Below the pieces are notes generated by a model that was not told where the DNA came from, did no database searches, and saw nothing but the letters and a program-made list of their open reading frames with translations. The translations under genes were made by a program, and so were the position numbers. From NCBI GenBank assembly GCA_030141605.1, contig JAQGDQ010002373.1:95921-159920 (forward strand): a stretch of DNA of 64,000 nt, given 5' to 3'. The stretch is from Tubiluchus corallicola (Eukaryota; Animalia; Priapulida). Of the stretch, positions 1-12,500 are shown piece after piece (within the stretch, counting starts at the first letter, position 1; each line of letters opens with the position of its first letter).

Positions 1-233
1 TGTTTTGAAGTAATCCCAAAAACTTTTATTTTAAATTCAATATTACAGAACAAATCAAATACATGGCGATTTCTTCGCTTCCAATGAGTAGACTAAAAAA
101 CGTGCTCAATTCTGATTGGTTGACCTACTAAATGCATATAACGAAGCCAAGTTTCACAGGCAATTCTAAATAAGTACAACTTTAGATTAAAGGGCAAGCA
201 GAGAGAATTCTTCCGAACATTTCCCCCCTCTTT
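1..233 (-). mobile_element. Polypurine tract and start of the 3' LTR of the BEL/Pao element
   Basis: The minus strand reads AAAGAGGGGGGAAA (233-220), followed directly by TGTTCGG from 219. This is a PPT plus LTR-initial TG, about 330 bp after the pol stop. The LTR appears to continue off the window. Confidence 0.8.
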
Positions 234-559
234 GATAAGTTTTAACAAAACATATCAACAAAATCTATTAATCTAGTCAAAATCAACAGTGTAACTAGTT
301 CTACTAAACTACTTAATTTTCCATTTAACCATCAATACACATAGCAGTGGAAGCTAAATTTTAAGTTTTGAGTTACAAGTTTCAAGTTATTCTAACATTC
401 GGTAATTAAAATTTTCCATTCTGTGCTACATGACGTTTACGTTTAACTACAAAAAACAAATTTCTTGCAAACTTTAGCAAGCAGTACGAAAACGAATAAT
501 CGCAAAATCATAGTAATAATTTTCTGTGGTGCTGATCATCCGCAGTGTTTGTAGAAACT

Positions 560-3500
560 TCACTTTTGATTGTCGGGTTTTTCTTCCTCAATGAACTCCA
601 GTGGACAGAGTTTGGTGATTGGTCGTGTAAGTTCACTATTGCCAATCTTCAGTTTTGCAACTCGAGTGTGCCCGTCGCTACCAGGGTAGACTTCTAGTAT
701 GCGTCCCATAGGCCACTGTCCTCTAGGTGTATTTGGAGATATAACAAGTACGATGTCGTTTACTTGAATGTCTCTCTGCACACGATTCCATTTACTGCGT
801 CTGTTGAGTCCTGGAAGCCACTCTCGCATCCATCTTTTCCAAAAATGACGTATTAATTCTTGGACACGCCTCCAACGCTTTCTAGGATTAAAGTCTGTGT
901 TATCCACTGATTCGGGCGCGAATTGTCCACCAACTTGCCCAAATAAAAAATGGTTTGGCGTCAAGGGAATGTCATCTTTCTCATCTGCTGTTTGGTACGT
1001 CAATGGTCTCGAATTTAATAGTGCTTCTGCTCCGGTAAATGCTGTCATGAGTTCTTCATCCGTGACGTCAGCGTTTCCGAGAATAGCGAATATGGCTCGT
1101 TTTGAGGCTTTTACCATTATTTCATAGGCTCCTCCAAAATGTGGTGCTAATGGTGGGTTAAAATGCCACTTGATACCTTGGTTTGCAGATGTCCGTTGAA
1201 TCTTCTCTTCATCTAATTTCACTAATAGACTTTGTAGTTCATTGTTCGCTCCTACGAAGTTTAAACCGTTGTCAGAAAGCATCTCAGTTGGCAAACCTCT
1301 GCGATTGACCATGCGATAGAAGGCGTTTAAGAACGAATCAGTGTCAAGGCCAAAGGCTATCTCTAAATGCACTGCCCGCGATGTCATACAAGTGAAGAGG
1401 CAAAGATAGCGTTTCTGTCGACGTTTTCCTCTTCCTTGAACTGTAATAAACGGTCCAGCAAAATCCACTGCTGTCCTAGCAAAAGCTCGTAAAGGCAGTT
1501 TCACTCTGATCTCTGGAATTGGTGCCATCACTTGCGTTGCAGATTGAGCTTTCTGCTTACGGCATTTTGCACATTCTTTCTCAAATTTTCTGATTTCTTC
1601 CCTGCCAGAGATTATCCAATATCGAGCTGACAGTGAAGCAAGAGTCTGATTCACCCCTATTGCATGATGAGCTTTTTCATGATGATGTCCAATTATCAAC
1701 TTGGTTACCCAGTTATTCTTAGGCAGAATGATCGGATGGCGTGCATCGTACGATAAGTATTCTGCGTGAATGAGACGTCCTTCGCTGCGAATAACTCCAT
1801 CCTCGTCTAATCTAGGTTGCAGCTTTAATAAATTGCTATTCTTCGGCAACTGTTGGTTATTCTGGAGTAATTTGTATTCCAGTGAAAAGGCTTCACGTTG
1901 CATGTTTCGTACAATGCTTATCTCAACGTCTTGCAATTCGTCTGGCTCTAATTCTCCAAACTTCTTGTGCAGTTTGGAATCACGACAGTTTTCTAGAAAA
2001 CGATGTACCCATGCTTGTACTCGAATCAGTCGTAACCAACTGGAAAACCGCTCAGGTTTTAGACGCCAATTGTCATCCTGGTTTTGTATTGGTCCAGTAA
2101 TGTAAGTTTCAGCAGTTTCACGATTAGATACATGTCTAATTTTTGTTGGCTTTCTAAGTTCTGCGTCATCCATTTGCTGAAATTCTATAATTTTAGATGG
2201 CCATTCTTGCTCGTTCTTGTGAAGAAATTTCGGTCCTCTCCACCATTTTTCATCATTAATAAGTTGATTTGCAGTTTTCCCTCTAGTCACAGCATCAGCA
2301 GCATTCTCTTTTGATGTGACATGCCGCCATTGATGTGGAAATGTTTGACTCTGAATTTCGCCTATACGATTAGCGATGAACGGTTTCAGTGTGCGACTTC
2401 TACTCCTTATCCACCATAAAACGTTCATACTATCACACCAAAAAATTGCATTTTTTAGTTCCATGTTTAGTGCACCAGCTATGTGGTCCGTAAGCCTTAG
2501 CCCCAGTATTGCAGCCATCATTTCTAGTCGTGGAATACTAATTGCAATCAGAGGGGCTACACGAGACTTTGCTGCGATGAGTCGACACGATATAGTTCCG
2601 TCAGGATAGGTACAACGTAGATAGCTAACTGCTGCATAGGCTTCTTGCGATGCATCTACAAATGTGTGCAGTGTGCATGAATCTGTACCCCCCTCCGTGA
2701 CCAAACATCTCGGAATATGAATTTCTGGCATCTCGATCAATTCTGTAAACCACATTTTGGCTTTCCATTGCAAGTTTTCGTCAAGCTCGTCGTCCCATCC
2801 TAAACCGGCTGTCCACATTTCCTGCATGATAATTTTCCCTCGAATGAGAAATGCTGCCAGAAATCCCAATGGATCAAATATTGTAGCGATCTTCCTCAGT
2901 ATATTACGCTTGGTAAATAAGAAATTGTCGATGTCTATGGATTTTGGTTTGAAGGTGAAAACATCTTCCTTTGCCAGCCACAGTACTCCAAGTGTTTTTA
3001 TACTCGGAAGAAGTCCTTCATCTAAGTTAATTTCTGATGCTCTCTCCTCTTGTGGTATCTCGGCTAACACTACAGGTGAATTTGATAACCATTTACGAGC
3101 TCGCATGCCAGCCTTTTCCCAAAGACTGGACAACTGACTGTAGAGCTCTATGCCTTGTTCATCGTCGATGGCTGAATCCATGCTATCGTCCATATACGTC
3201 GAGTAGAGTACGGTTTCTGTAGCCATTGGATACTGCAATTGAAATTTTTCTGCATGCTTCCGCGTCACAAATTGTGCAAGAAATGGTGATGCATTTACCC
3301 CAAAAACGACTCTTTCGAATTCATATTGGTCAGGCTGTCTGTTTTCGAAATTCCTCCAGAGAAATCTATGGTAAACCCTGTCCTCAGGAACAATTTTAAT
3401 CATCAAGTACATCTCTGCAATGTCCGATACCAATGCTACAGGATTTTTACGAAAACGAAGCAAGACATCGAATAAGTCTCTCTGCAGCTTTGGTCCGGGA

Positions 3501-5041
3501 CTAATGACATCATTCAGCGAGACTCCATCGCATTCTTCTGACGAATCAAACACCATGCGTACTTTTGTTGTCTCTCTATCTGGTCTGATTATTGGAAAAT
3601 GGGGTAAAAACCATCGTCCGCATTGCTGATCTTCTAATGATGTCACTTGACGTATGAAGCCTTTCTTCACATACTGCTGAATATTATCTTCGTATATTTT
3701 TGCCACTTCTGGATTTTTTAGTAGACGTTTTTCGGTGCTCTGTAGTCTTTTCAGTGCCTTTTCGTAGCTCAATTTCGCACTAGGCAGCTCAACTGAATTA
3801 TCTTTCCATGGTATGCAAACCTCATAATGTCCATCCGTCATTTTCATGGATTTCTCTACTTTAGCTAAAGCGTTCTCTGCATCAATATCCAGAATGCGGC
3901 AACTTGGCATCGTGCCAGCTGAATCTATCTGCCAAAATTGTTGCAACATCTCATCAAGCCGAATTTCACTAGCTTCAGCCGAAAAATACGTGTGAACGAA
4001 ATTGGTGCGAACACGATAACTGTCGCAATCATTTGGTTGTCCTATACATGTCCATCCGAGTGGAGTTAATCTAGCTATTGGCTCCCCTGGCTTTCCACGA
4101 ACATCTCTGTACGAATAATGTAAATCGGTGTAATCGCTGCCAATCAACATGTCTACGATGAGGCGACGTCCTAGTTTTGGAAATTCAATAGCTTTCAAAT
4201 GGCCCCACTTGTGACTGCATTCATTCCAGTTTATTACATTCAAATTTCCGGTAACTCTTTCAGCCGTTAATGCGCTGAATTTCATGTCCAGCTGGCCGTT
4301 GACACTCTGTAGATTAAATGTTACAGGTCTTGTTTCGAAAACTTTTGTTTGCCCATTTAAAACGCTGACGTTAATCTGCTGAGTCTCACCCTCAAGTCCT
4401 AACTCTGCTGCTACATCCGAGTTGATGTACGATCTTGTGCTGGCATCATCTAATAATGCGTTGATTGTCAATTTACGATTTCCATTTTTCACGATTATTG
4501 GTATAGTTCGCAACATAATTTTTTCAACTATCTTGGGATTGCCAGATGTCATTGTCACAGCCGAATTTTGTTTGTCAGGTGGTATGGTCGATGTTCTACT
4601 GCGATGCGATGAACCATCTTCAGCTACAGGTTTGATTGATGACGGTGTAGAACCAACAGTATTGTTGTAGTTCTTGTTGGTCGCGGCTAAATGCGAATTA
4701 TTTTCTCTAACTTCTTTTGACGAATGTAGAAATCTGTTATGATTGTATTTGCAGCTGTCTATGCCACAAACTCTGCTACGTGGACAGGTTTGACCTTGGT
4801 GATCTGACCCCAGACAGCGATAGCATAAGTTCAACCGCTTTGCAGAGTCCCATCTTTGTGGAATGCTCATCTTGCGAAACTCATCACACCTCCAAACACC
4901 GTGAGGCCCATTGCAAACTTTGCATAATCTTTGTGATTGACTACTTCTGGAAACTGCAGCTTCTTGGTTATCACCTGTTGTCCCAAAGTACGATCTCGGT
5001 TTTGGTTTTAAACCGATTTTTTTCTCTTTTTCTGTAATACT
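560..5041 (-). mobile_element. BEL/Pao LTR retrotransposon gag(3')-pol ORF, uninterrupted but 5'-truncated
   Basis: ORF 560-4870 stays open upstream to a stop near 5042. It has three Gag Cys/His knuckles (CKVCNGPHGVWRC, CYRCLGSDHQGQTC, CGIDSCKYNHNRFLH), an aspartic protease (ALLDDAS), RT (YMDD), Pao-type RNase H (FVDASQEAY, IPRLE), an integrase HHCC plus DDE core (VDFAGP, SDNG) and a RRWRRVQ..FWKRW tail. The order PR-RT-RH-IN and these motifs are typical of BEL/Pao. Confidence 0.95.
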
Positions 5042-5119
5042 TCATTATTTATCAATTTATGTCCGCATATTATCGCAACTGTGAGGTAACACTGCTGAAT
5101 TTTACAAAACTATAACATT

Positions 5120-5182
5120 TTCATGGGGGAGGGGTAATTTTAAGTGTCACCCAAGGTGCCACAAGCTCTAGCTATGCCACAG
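5120..5182. mobile_element. Degenerate hAT-like transposon terminus
   Basis: gtgtcacccaaggtgccacaagctctagctatgccacag resembles the reverse complement of the end at 30499 and 31041 (caggggcttcgctagggt...ggtgtcattcggtgca). Confidence 0.4.
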
Positions 5183-5254
5183 CTGCACCGCTGCCACTTT
5201 TAAATGGTTATTATTATTTATAAACTGTCCTTATCTGTGTGTATATTACCACAA

Positions 5255-5340
5255 GATCTGGGTTCGAATCCTGGTTCAGTTAATTTACTCAGTGTCTTTA
5301 AACCCATCCTCTTTTTGAATTTAACTGTTGATAAAAAGAT
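5255..5340 (+). mobile_element. tRNA-derived SINE-like fragment (B box)
   Basis: GGTTCGAATCC Pol III B-box at about 5261 with no tRNA cloverleaf around it. Confidence 0.3.
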
Positions 5341-5649
5341 TTAATTTCAAAGGTTAATATGTCCTCTTTTGTTTCTTATTCCACGACGTTCTGAGCATAA
5401 AGTCCTGAACATTCATGGAAATTCCATAACTACAGCATTTCATGCTCAGTATTCATGATATCTAACTTGGTTAGTGAAGGATCTATTCTTATACATTCTA
5501 AAAAGAATATTTATTGCACCAGATATGGTAATTTAAAATGCACACAATATAAAACTGCATAAGTTAGTCTAAAATAGTTTAACTAACTCCTATACATTAA
5601 AAGAAAATTGTTTAAAAATCTAATTGGTAAGAATAACAGGCCTAGAATT

Positions 5650-6200
5650 TATTAGCTGCGTACCCACTGGTATAAGGAAATAGTATTTGCTGTACATGCC
5701 AAGAGATGATATCTACCAACTTTTGAGATACGAAGCTTAGACATGCAGGTTTGTTTTTGATCAAAGCACTGGTTTGGGGCAGATTTTTTGGTGGAATCCA
5801 TGAATTGCATGTCTTATCAGGGCAAGTCGGTTCTGCGTCTTGGGTTCTTACCATTCATTCTGTGTCACTGTTGGTGTATTGTAGAATGCAGCTCTATTGA
5901 ATTTACCTTATCTTGGACATTTTCTAAATATTTGCAGAATTCTCAAGTCTGGGATAAGTATTTACAAATTTCAATGCTGTATTACCTAGCAAGAAAGTTA
6001 CCTAGCAGACCCAAAACACTTCAAAAACCTTCCTTTAATCGAGTCCAGTTTAAAAAAATTGCAGATGACATGTCATCCCAAAGACTCTCAATGCCATATG
6101 TTACAATAGGCAACATTTTAATATTGAACAGACATAGTACGGTTTCTTATACATTCTTATATGGTGTTTATAAATTCTGTACATAAGTCTGGCCTCCTCT
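5650..6200 (-). mobile_element. Decayed non-LTR retrotransposon (LINE) ORF2 3' fragment
   Basis: Frameshifted minus-strand peptides FNIKMLPIVTYGIESLW (post-RT 'P.L.YG.E.W' motif) and LIRHAIHGFHQKIC...GRYHLLAC (C-terminal Cys/His motif). Confidence 0.55.
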
Positions 6201-6555
6201 TTTCCATTATCTAACTAAAGTTGTCTAACTATCTGACCTAACCACATTATCAGATATTCTGTAATCACAAAAATTATCAATAGTGCATTTAATAATGGCT
6301 ACCTAACTTACCCAATTTATGATTGTGGGCAATATTAGGGAGTTACTTAAATTTTAGATTAAATGTATTCACACTCATTCTGAAAGCCTTCTGTTGTAAC
6401 TACTTTACTGTACTCATTTGTAGGTAACTCATACCATTGTTGGTAATATCGTTTGGTCTTTTTAACATACATGTGTCTAGAACATACACCTCAAATGATT
6501 AAATCTAGATTTAGTTCTTACTTTATAATTAATGTTTGTTTTGATTTTGTTATAG

Positions 6556-9500
6556 TTGATAAAATCTCTGAATATTTTCCGACGGATTGTGCTAACTGGA
6601 ACGCCAATACAGAATGATCTTCAAGAATTCTATTCACTTTGTGACTTCTGTAATCCTGGAGTTTTAGGTATGAATGATAGTTATAAAGTTACGATTTATA
6701 ATCTTTGCAAAAGAGATAAAGTAAAAAACAATAAAGAAGTAATGAAATGTTTTTCAGTAATTATGTAGTTATTTAAACGGAACAATAATTTAAAATGTCT
6801 GTGCAACTGTTGGTGATCTAACTTTTTTGATGTGTTTGGCTGTACTTAACACATCTAATAAAGATGATAGATTATTATCTTTATCATTTTAATGAGGACT
6901 ATCTGACTCGGTGGTACATTCTTTATGTTATTATATTAAATTCATCCAAATCTATAAAATTTTCCACAGTCTGAATGTCTAAATGACATCTGTGTTTACC
7001 TCTTTATATCAAAATACAATTATAAGTGCCTTGTAACAGATTTATGTTGTGGGATGCACAATATAGTGCTAGATGAAAAAACCACACAAGCACATTTAAA
7101 TAACTGTCTGTCACAGCCTTCTAAATCATTTCGTTGAAACTGATCCTAATGTGAATGTTTTCTAACTCTAAAATTCTGCTACTGTAGCTATAGTATCAGT
7201 ATTACCATATACATGCATAGAATCTCAGTAAGTAATCGTAGCTAAGAAAGTTTTCAGGTAAGAAAGTTTATTTTAACACCTAATCACATTTTGCTTTAAA
7301 CTAAACAGATTTTAAACTTGGCCGATACAGTGGACCTAAGTATGAACAACCATAAGTTCCTAACCCTAATTAAAAGATATTCAATCGTTATAGCTGGTCC
7401 ACTGTCTTTTAATAAATTCACCTCTAGTGTCAATACTGTTAGTCTTGCAGTACATCCAAAAGCTTTACTAAAGTATGAACCCACCTCAGTAACAAATCAT
7501 TTAGAATGTGAAGTAGGTGTCTGAAGTAGCTGCAGCCAGGAACCAATTTCTAAATTTATTACATCATTTATGTGCAAATTAATTTTTATCAACTTTCAAC
7601 TTTACAAAATTTGTATAGAAAGCAGACCAAATTTCCCATCAGTGGGTTAAGCTTCAATGCAAATACACTTTTGTAGGCTTTAGCTATTTGCCGAAAGCTG
7701 ATGAAATATTAAAGTTGGCACTTCCAAACTTATTGGCGCTGCGTATTAGTGTTAGCAGAACATAAAAAATAACAGCAGTAACAATAAAAATGTTTCTAAT
7801 CATGTACTGTACTACCACAAGTTACATTTGTTTTTTGTTAAATAAAAATAATGAATCGTCTGTACTTCATATGTCACACAATTACCAATCAGACACTATG
7901 AAGAAAAATACACTCAAATAACTTTGTCCTGCTTTATACATGCCTCAGACAGAATTATAAATAAAACAATGGCTATTCTGTCACTAAGGGTGTAAAACAA
8001 TTGGAAAACTAATCAATACAATAAAAATGCTACAGGGTATTTATGCATATGATAAATATAAATTGTCTTGTTTCCCCAGAGGATTTGCATGTCATAATTC
8101 GCTGATACTACCCTTTTAATGAAATGACAAAGAAATATTTCAGAAAAATTGCCTTAAAAATTATATTACTTTACATATATCGTACTCACATTAAAAGCAA
8201 CTTTTGTTTGTTTTCATTTTAAATCTCTGGCAATACTATTCTGAAGTCACCATTACATAATGTCACATACACAAACGTAAATCAAGGGAAGAAAAGGCAA
8301 TTATGTCAAATTATGTCACAATAAACTTTCTAATCTATATTACTTAGCATTTCACTTACCTGCTGGAAAGACTTATGTAACTAGAAATAATAATTTAAAA
8401 TGTTCGTGCCAATTGGTAAATGTCACTGACTCACCCTCCAGGAAATTAACCAGTTAATTTTTTTCAACAACACTTGGTATCCTTACAAAGAGACATTCTT
8501 CACTTTCTATGTATAAAAGTTTCACTCTTGTTTGAATATATTCCTCTAAAGTTTCACTTGATATGTTTGCATTGTAAATTTCTTGTTTATTTGTTTTTCT
8601 AATGATCTAGTCAGCAAATTACAGAGGGCCTTCGATGTTGCCTAAATCTGATTAATCGGTTACTTGATTAAGTACATCTACGAGCAATACTATTTGTGCA
8701 GCTTGCACATTAAATAAATGGCACTAATGCTTGACAATATCAAGTCACATCGAGTAAATGGTACTAACATACTAGCAATAACATAACCCTACAATAATTT
8801 CATTCATATTTTATCAACTCTTAAGGCAACTTTAGCTGACAAATATACACGCATCCATGAACCTTTCTTTAGGAAATCGAAGCAATACGAGATGTAAAAC
8901 ATAAAAAAAAAGTGATTTGAATAATACTTATAGTTTGGAAGAGCAAATGTGCATGCACCATAACGACTAACCTTGGATTTACACAGACAACACATCAGAT
9001 TGAATTTACACATAATATTGAAATTACACACAGTGTTAGTGACACTAACTCTATTACTAATACTGAGTAAAACAATACACTAATGTGATGATTTTTGGAG
9101 ACTATCTCATCAATGCTTTCTGAGGTTGAAGCAGCAAGGACTTTATCATTCAGGTCACTTGGCTTCATGAAGCCCGTTATATATCACTTGAGCAGAACTA
9201 GAGCTGGGAATACCCAATTGCTAGCAAACGAAAAGCAGTACATGTAGCTCCAGCAACTTTTATCTTATAGATACATGACTTACATTTTTGCTGCAAGAAA
9301 CCATAAATATCTTTGTATTCAAAATGTGACAAAACATCTGCAGCAAGTAACTCATTTTACAAAGGTTTACCCAAAGCTTATCATGAGTTATACGATAGTC
9401 TTAACATGCTTCCATAACTTGTGCAACAAATATGGATAAATTACGCTACATTTTAATAAAGAAGTGGTGCAAGGTTCAAACAATTAAACAAAATTAGCAA

Positions 9501-12500
9501 TATAGTACACTACACTGTGCAGTATAAGTATAAGTGAGTTTTGCAGACAATTTTGTAAATATAAAAGTTTTCATTAGCCACTTACAAGAAGTGCGACATT
9601 TCCTTCTTAATGGTGATAGCAGAACAGCCTTCACCTACTGTCTCTTTGTTGCTTTCACCCAAATATGGTGAAAGGTAAAACTCTTCTATGTTACATTCTT
9701 CAATACAGAAGTTAGCATCATCTACATTACTACCTTCTTCATGCACAGGGCTGGAGGTATCATCCTCCACAAGGGAGTAATCTAGGGGTTCTTGCTTAAT
9801 AGGAATTTTGTCTAAAACTATTTCGTTTGTGTTATGCAAATAATTGAATTCAGGAGTTGGTATTGGGGCATCATTAACTGTCTGTGACATATTGCGCTGT
9901 TCTTGCAAATGAGGAATTCTTTGCACTTTGACACTTACTGACAATTCTTTTCCTTTATGGCATGCTATGTGCCTGTTGCTGTGAAACTTCTTTACTGTTT
10001 TTAATAAAATAGTTTATTTTTCATAAATCTGTGCAGTTTTGATGTTTCCTGTTAGTGACTTTATTAACCAACTATTACTAACCTGAAATCGCTAACGAGG
10101 TACGCTGTCACAAGTCTCAAGGAAGCCAAAGTTAATAGATAAGCAATTCATACCTAACGAAGAACTTTTAATACACACATGACTTACTCTAACAGCATTT
10201 AGGAGTCTGGACAAAATTATCCTGGCAAACTCAACGAATGCTACGGCAAGAGCAGCAATCTTTTTTACGGACTGATCCAGTCAAAGTGTAAAAAGAGGAA
10301 GTGATGAAATCCTTTTGTTACGTATTTCGTTTTTGCGATTAGCGGCTACGCTGGCGGCATCGAACGGCGGATGATTAAAAAATTTTGAGCGGCGCGTTGA
10401 CTGCATTAATAATATTCTTAGGTTCACCAATAATGTTGGCCATACGCGCAATTTCGATAAGCCAAAATCACTTTTGCGTTTTTAATAAAAGAAGAATATC
10501 TCAATTAAAAGCAATTATTAGTTTAAAAAAAACTGAAAACATTTCATGAAAAGGAAAAAATTGTAGCAATAAATTTGTATTATGTACTTGCAAATACTTC
10601 TTCAGTTTTCTTGGAAGTAAAATTTTATTGTTCTTCCTGAGGAAAGAGGCTAGCTGACTGCGTGATGGGCTGCCTACTATGTAAATAAGTAATGCAAAGT
10701 AATGCATTTTTATTGATTTATTAATTTTTCTCTCCCTCCCTCTCTTAGAGAGAAAGAGAGGGAGGGAAAGAAAGAGAAACAGTGAAAGGGAGGAAGAGAG
10801 AGAGAGAGATAGACAGAGAGAGGGAGGGAGGGAGAGAGAGAGACAGACACACACACACACACACACACACACAGAGAGAGAGAGATCCTTCTTCCTTTTG
10901 TTGAAGGTTCTGCCATTTGTTTCTTGGTTGTTTTACTCCAAATGAGAGGTAGCGGATTTGGCACATTAAAAATTGCACCCATTTACGTGCCCTGCAATTA
11001 ATCTATATAATTACACATATATTATATTGTAGGTTTTATATAAATAATGTGCACACGCACGCATGCACACAACAAGTAATTGCATACGGTGCTCCATACA
11101 TTAATAATAAATACAGTAGTAGAGATGAGTGGGATTGAACTACCAGCCTAGGGCGTCGTAACATCTTGATACACCCATGCACACACACTCATATACATGT
11201 ATGATGTATGCATTATTACATACAAAGATTCTATGAAGCTGAGCCTATATATTTAACTATATAAAATGATTGCCCTTAGCACACAGGCTTGTATAAAATC
11301 AATTAATTTAAGCCTATCACTAAATAATATTTATCAAGACTTGTCTGTGGATTTAGCCACAGGTGTTTTATTAGTACGCTTATACCAGTACATTTTTTAC
11401 ATGTAAACAAACTGTATTTAATGAACATTTATTTTGACGTAAACCTAATTGGATCTTAAAAAAATTAGGCTAAATATAAGTGACGTCTACACATGATATA
11501 TAAGATGTTATGCGATTCTAATTTATGCGCCAGGTTGGCTTCTCACCTGAATTCTGTTACTTGGTTTTGACCTTGTTAGTTAGTTGTTAGTAGTTAGGTG
11601 GAAGTAATGTCAGCTGCTTAGGATGACAGCTCTAATGTTTCGTTTAGTTATTTTTTGTTCACTGACAATAAAAAAGAGGAGTAATGTCGTAAATGCATCT
11701 CCGTTTGTTCAACGTGATTTTATAACCAACTCCAACTCATAACAGCTGCTATAAATCGCCAAAGACAGATGTAGGCCTTGCAGTCTTTGCTTAATGAACA
11801 AAATATTTAACTTGTAACAAAAGTTACAAAACTGTGTTACAATTAGCATTTTGTTATAATTACCTGGCTGCATCCTTGGGAAATTCAAAAAGATATTTTT
11901 ATTTGTGATTTTGCAACTCACTGCTGAGCAATTTATGAGCACCTGTCGACCGGCCTGACTTTGGTGGTCTCATCAATTCATCTGTTACAGTACACACCGG
12001 TGTGCGAACAGCTTGCGCTATAGCGTACCTGACAACAACAGTCCATACTGCTGTGCCACTAGGGCGACACTAACTGCGCAAACTGCTGCGCAGTAGGATT
12101 TCTCTATTTCTGTGGTCCATAGCCTTTGGATCCAGTGTCATATCTTCGGTTAACTATTCAGACCAACAGTGAGTGACTGCTCCCATAATAATTAGAAACT
12201 AAAATAAATAGGGGTCCCTGTGTCTTTATTTACCTAAATACTAAAACATAATCAATGATTCTAGCAGTGAAATGATAATTTTTATATAATCCTAAAATAT
12301 AAAAGTACTTTGTTATAATTTCACAATACATTAATCGTATGTGTCTGGGCCAGTGCCATACTTACATATAGACTAACTGGGTTCACACACCAGGGCATCA
12401 TAGACTACAAAACCCCATACTAACATTAAAACAAGCGAAATAAATGATAGATAAATCAGTCAATGAATGTACAAACATGAAATAGCTTGTGTTTAATGGT

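Noticed and set aside
897-5037. Short plus-strand ORFs overlapping the BEL pol
   Set aside because: Antisense shadows of a long coding frame with no recognisable motifs.
5255-5285. tRNA gene
   Set aside because: Only a B-box/T-loop motif; no acceptor, D or anticodon stems were found.
10301-10400. Box C/D snoRNA (GTGATGA at 10301)
   Set aside because: No suitably placed CTGA box D or terminal stem was found.
10501-10982. ORFs rich in CV/LS repeats (likewise the YI-rich ORFs at 14863-15230)
   Set aside because: Translations of microsatellites.
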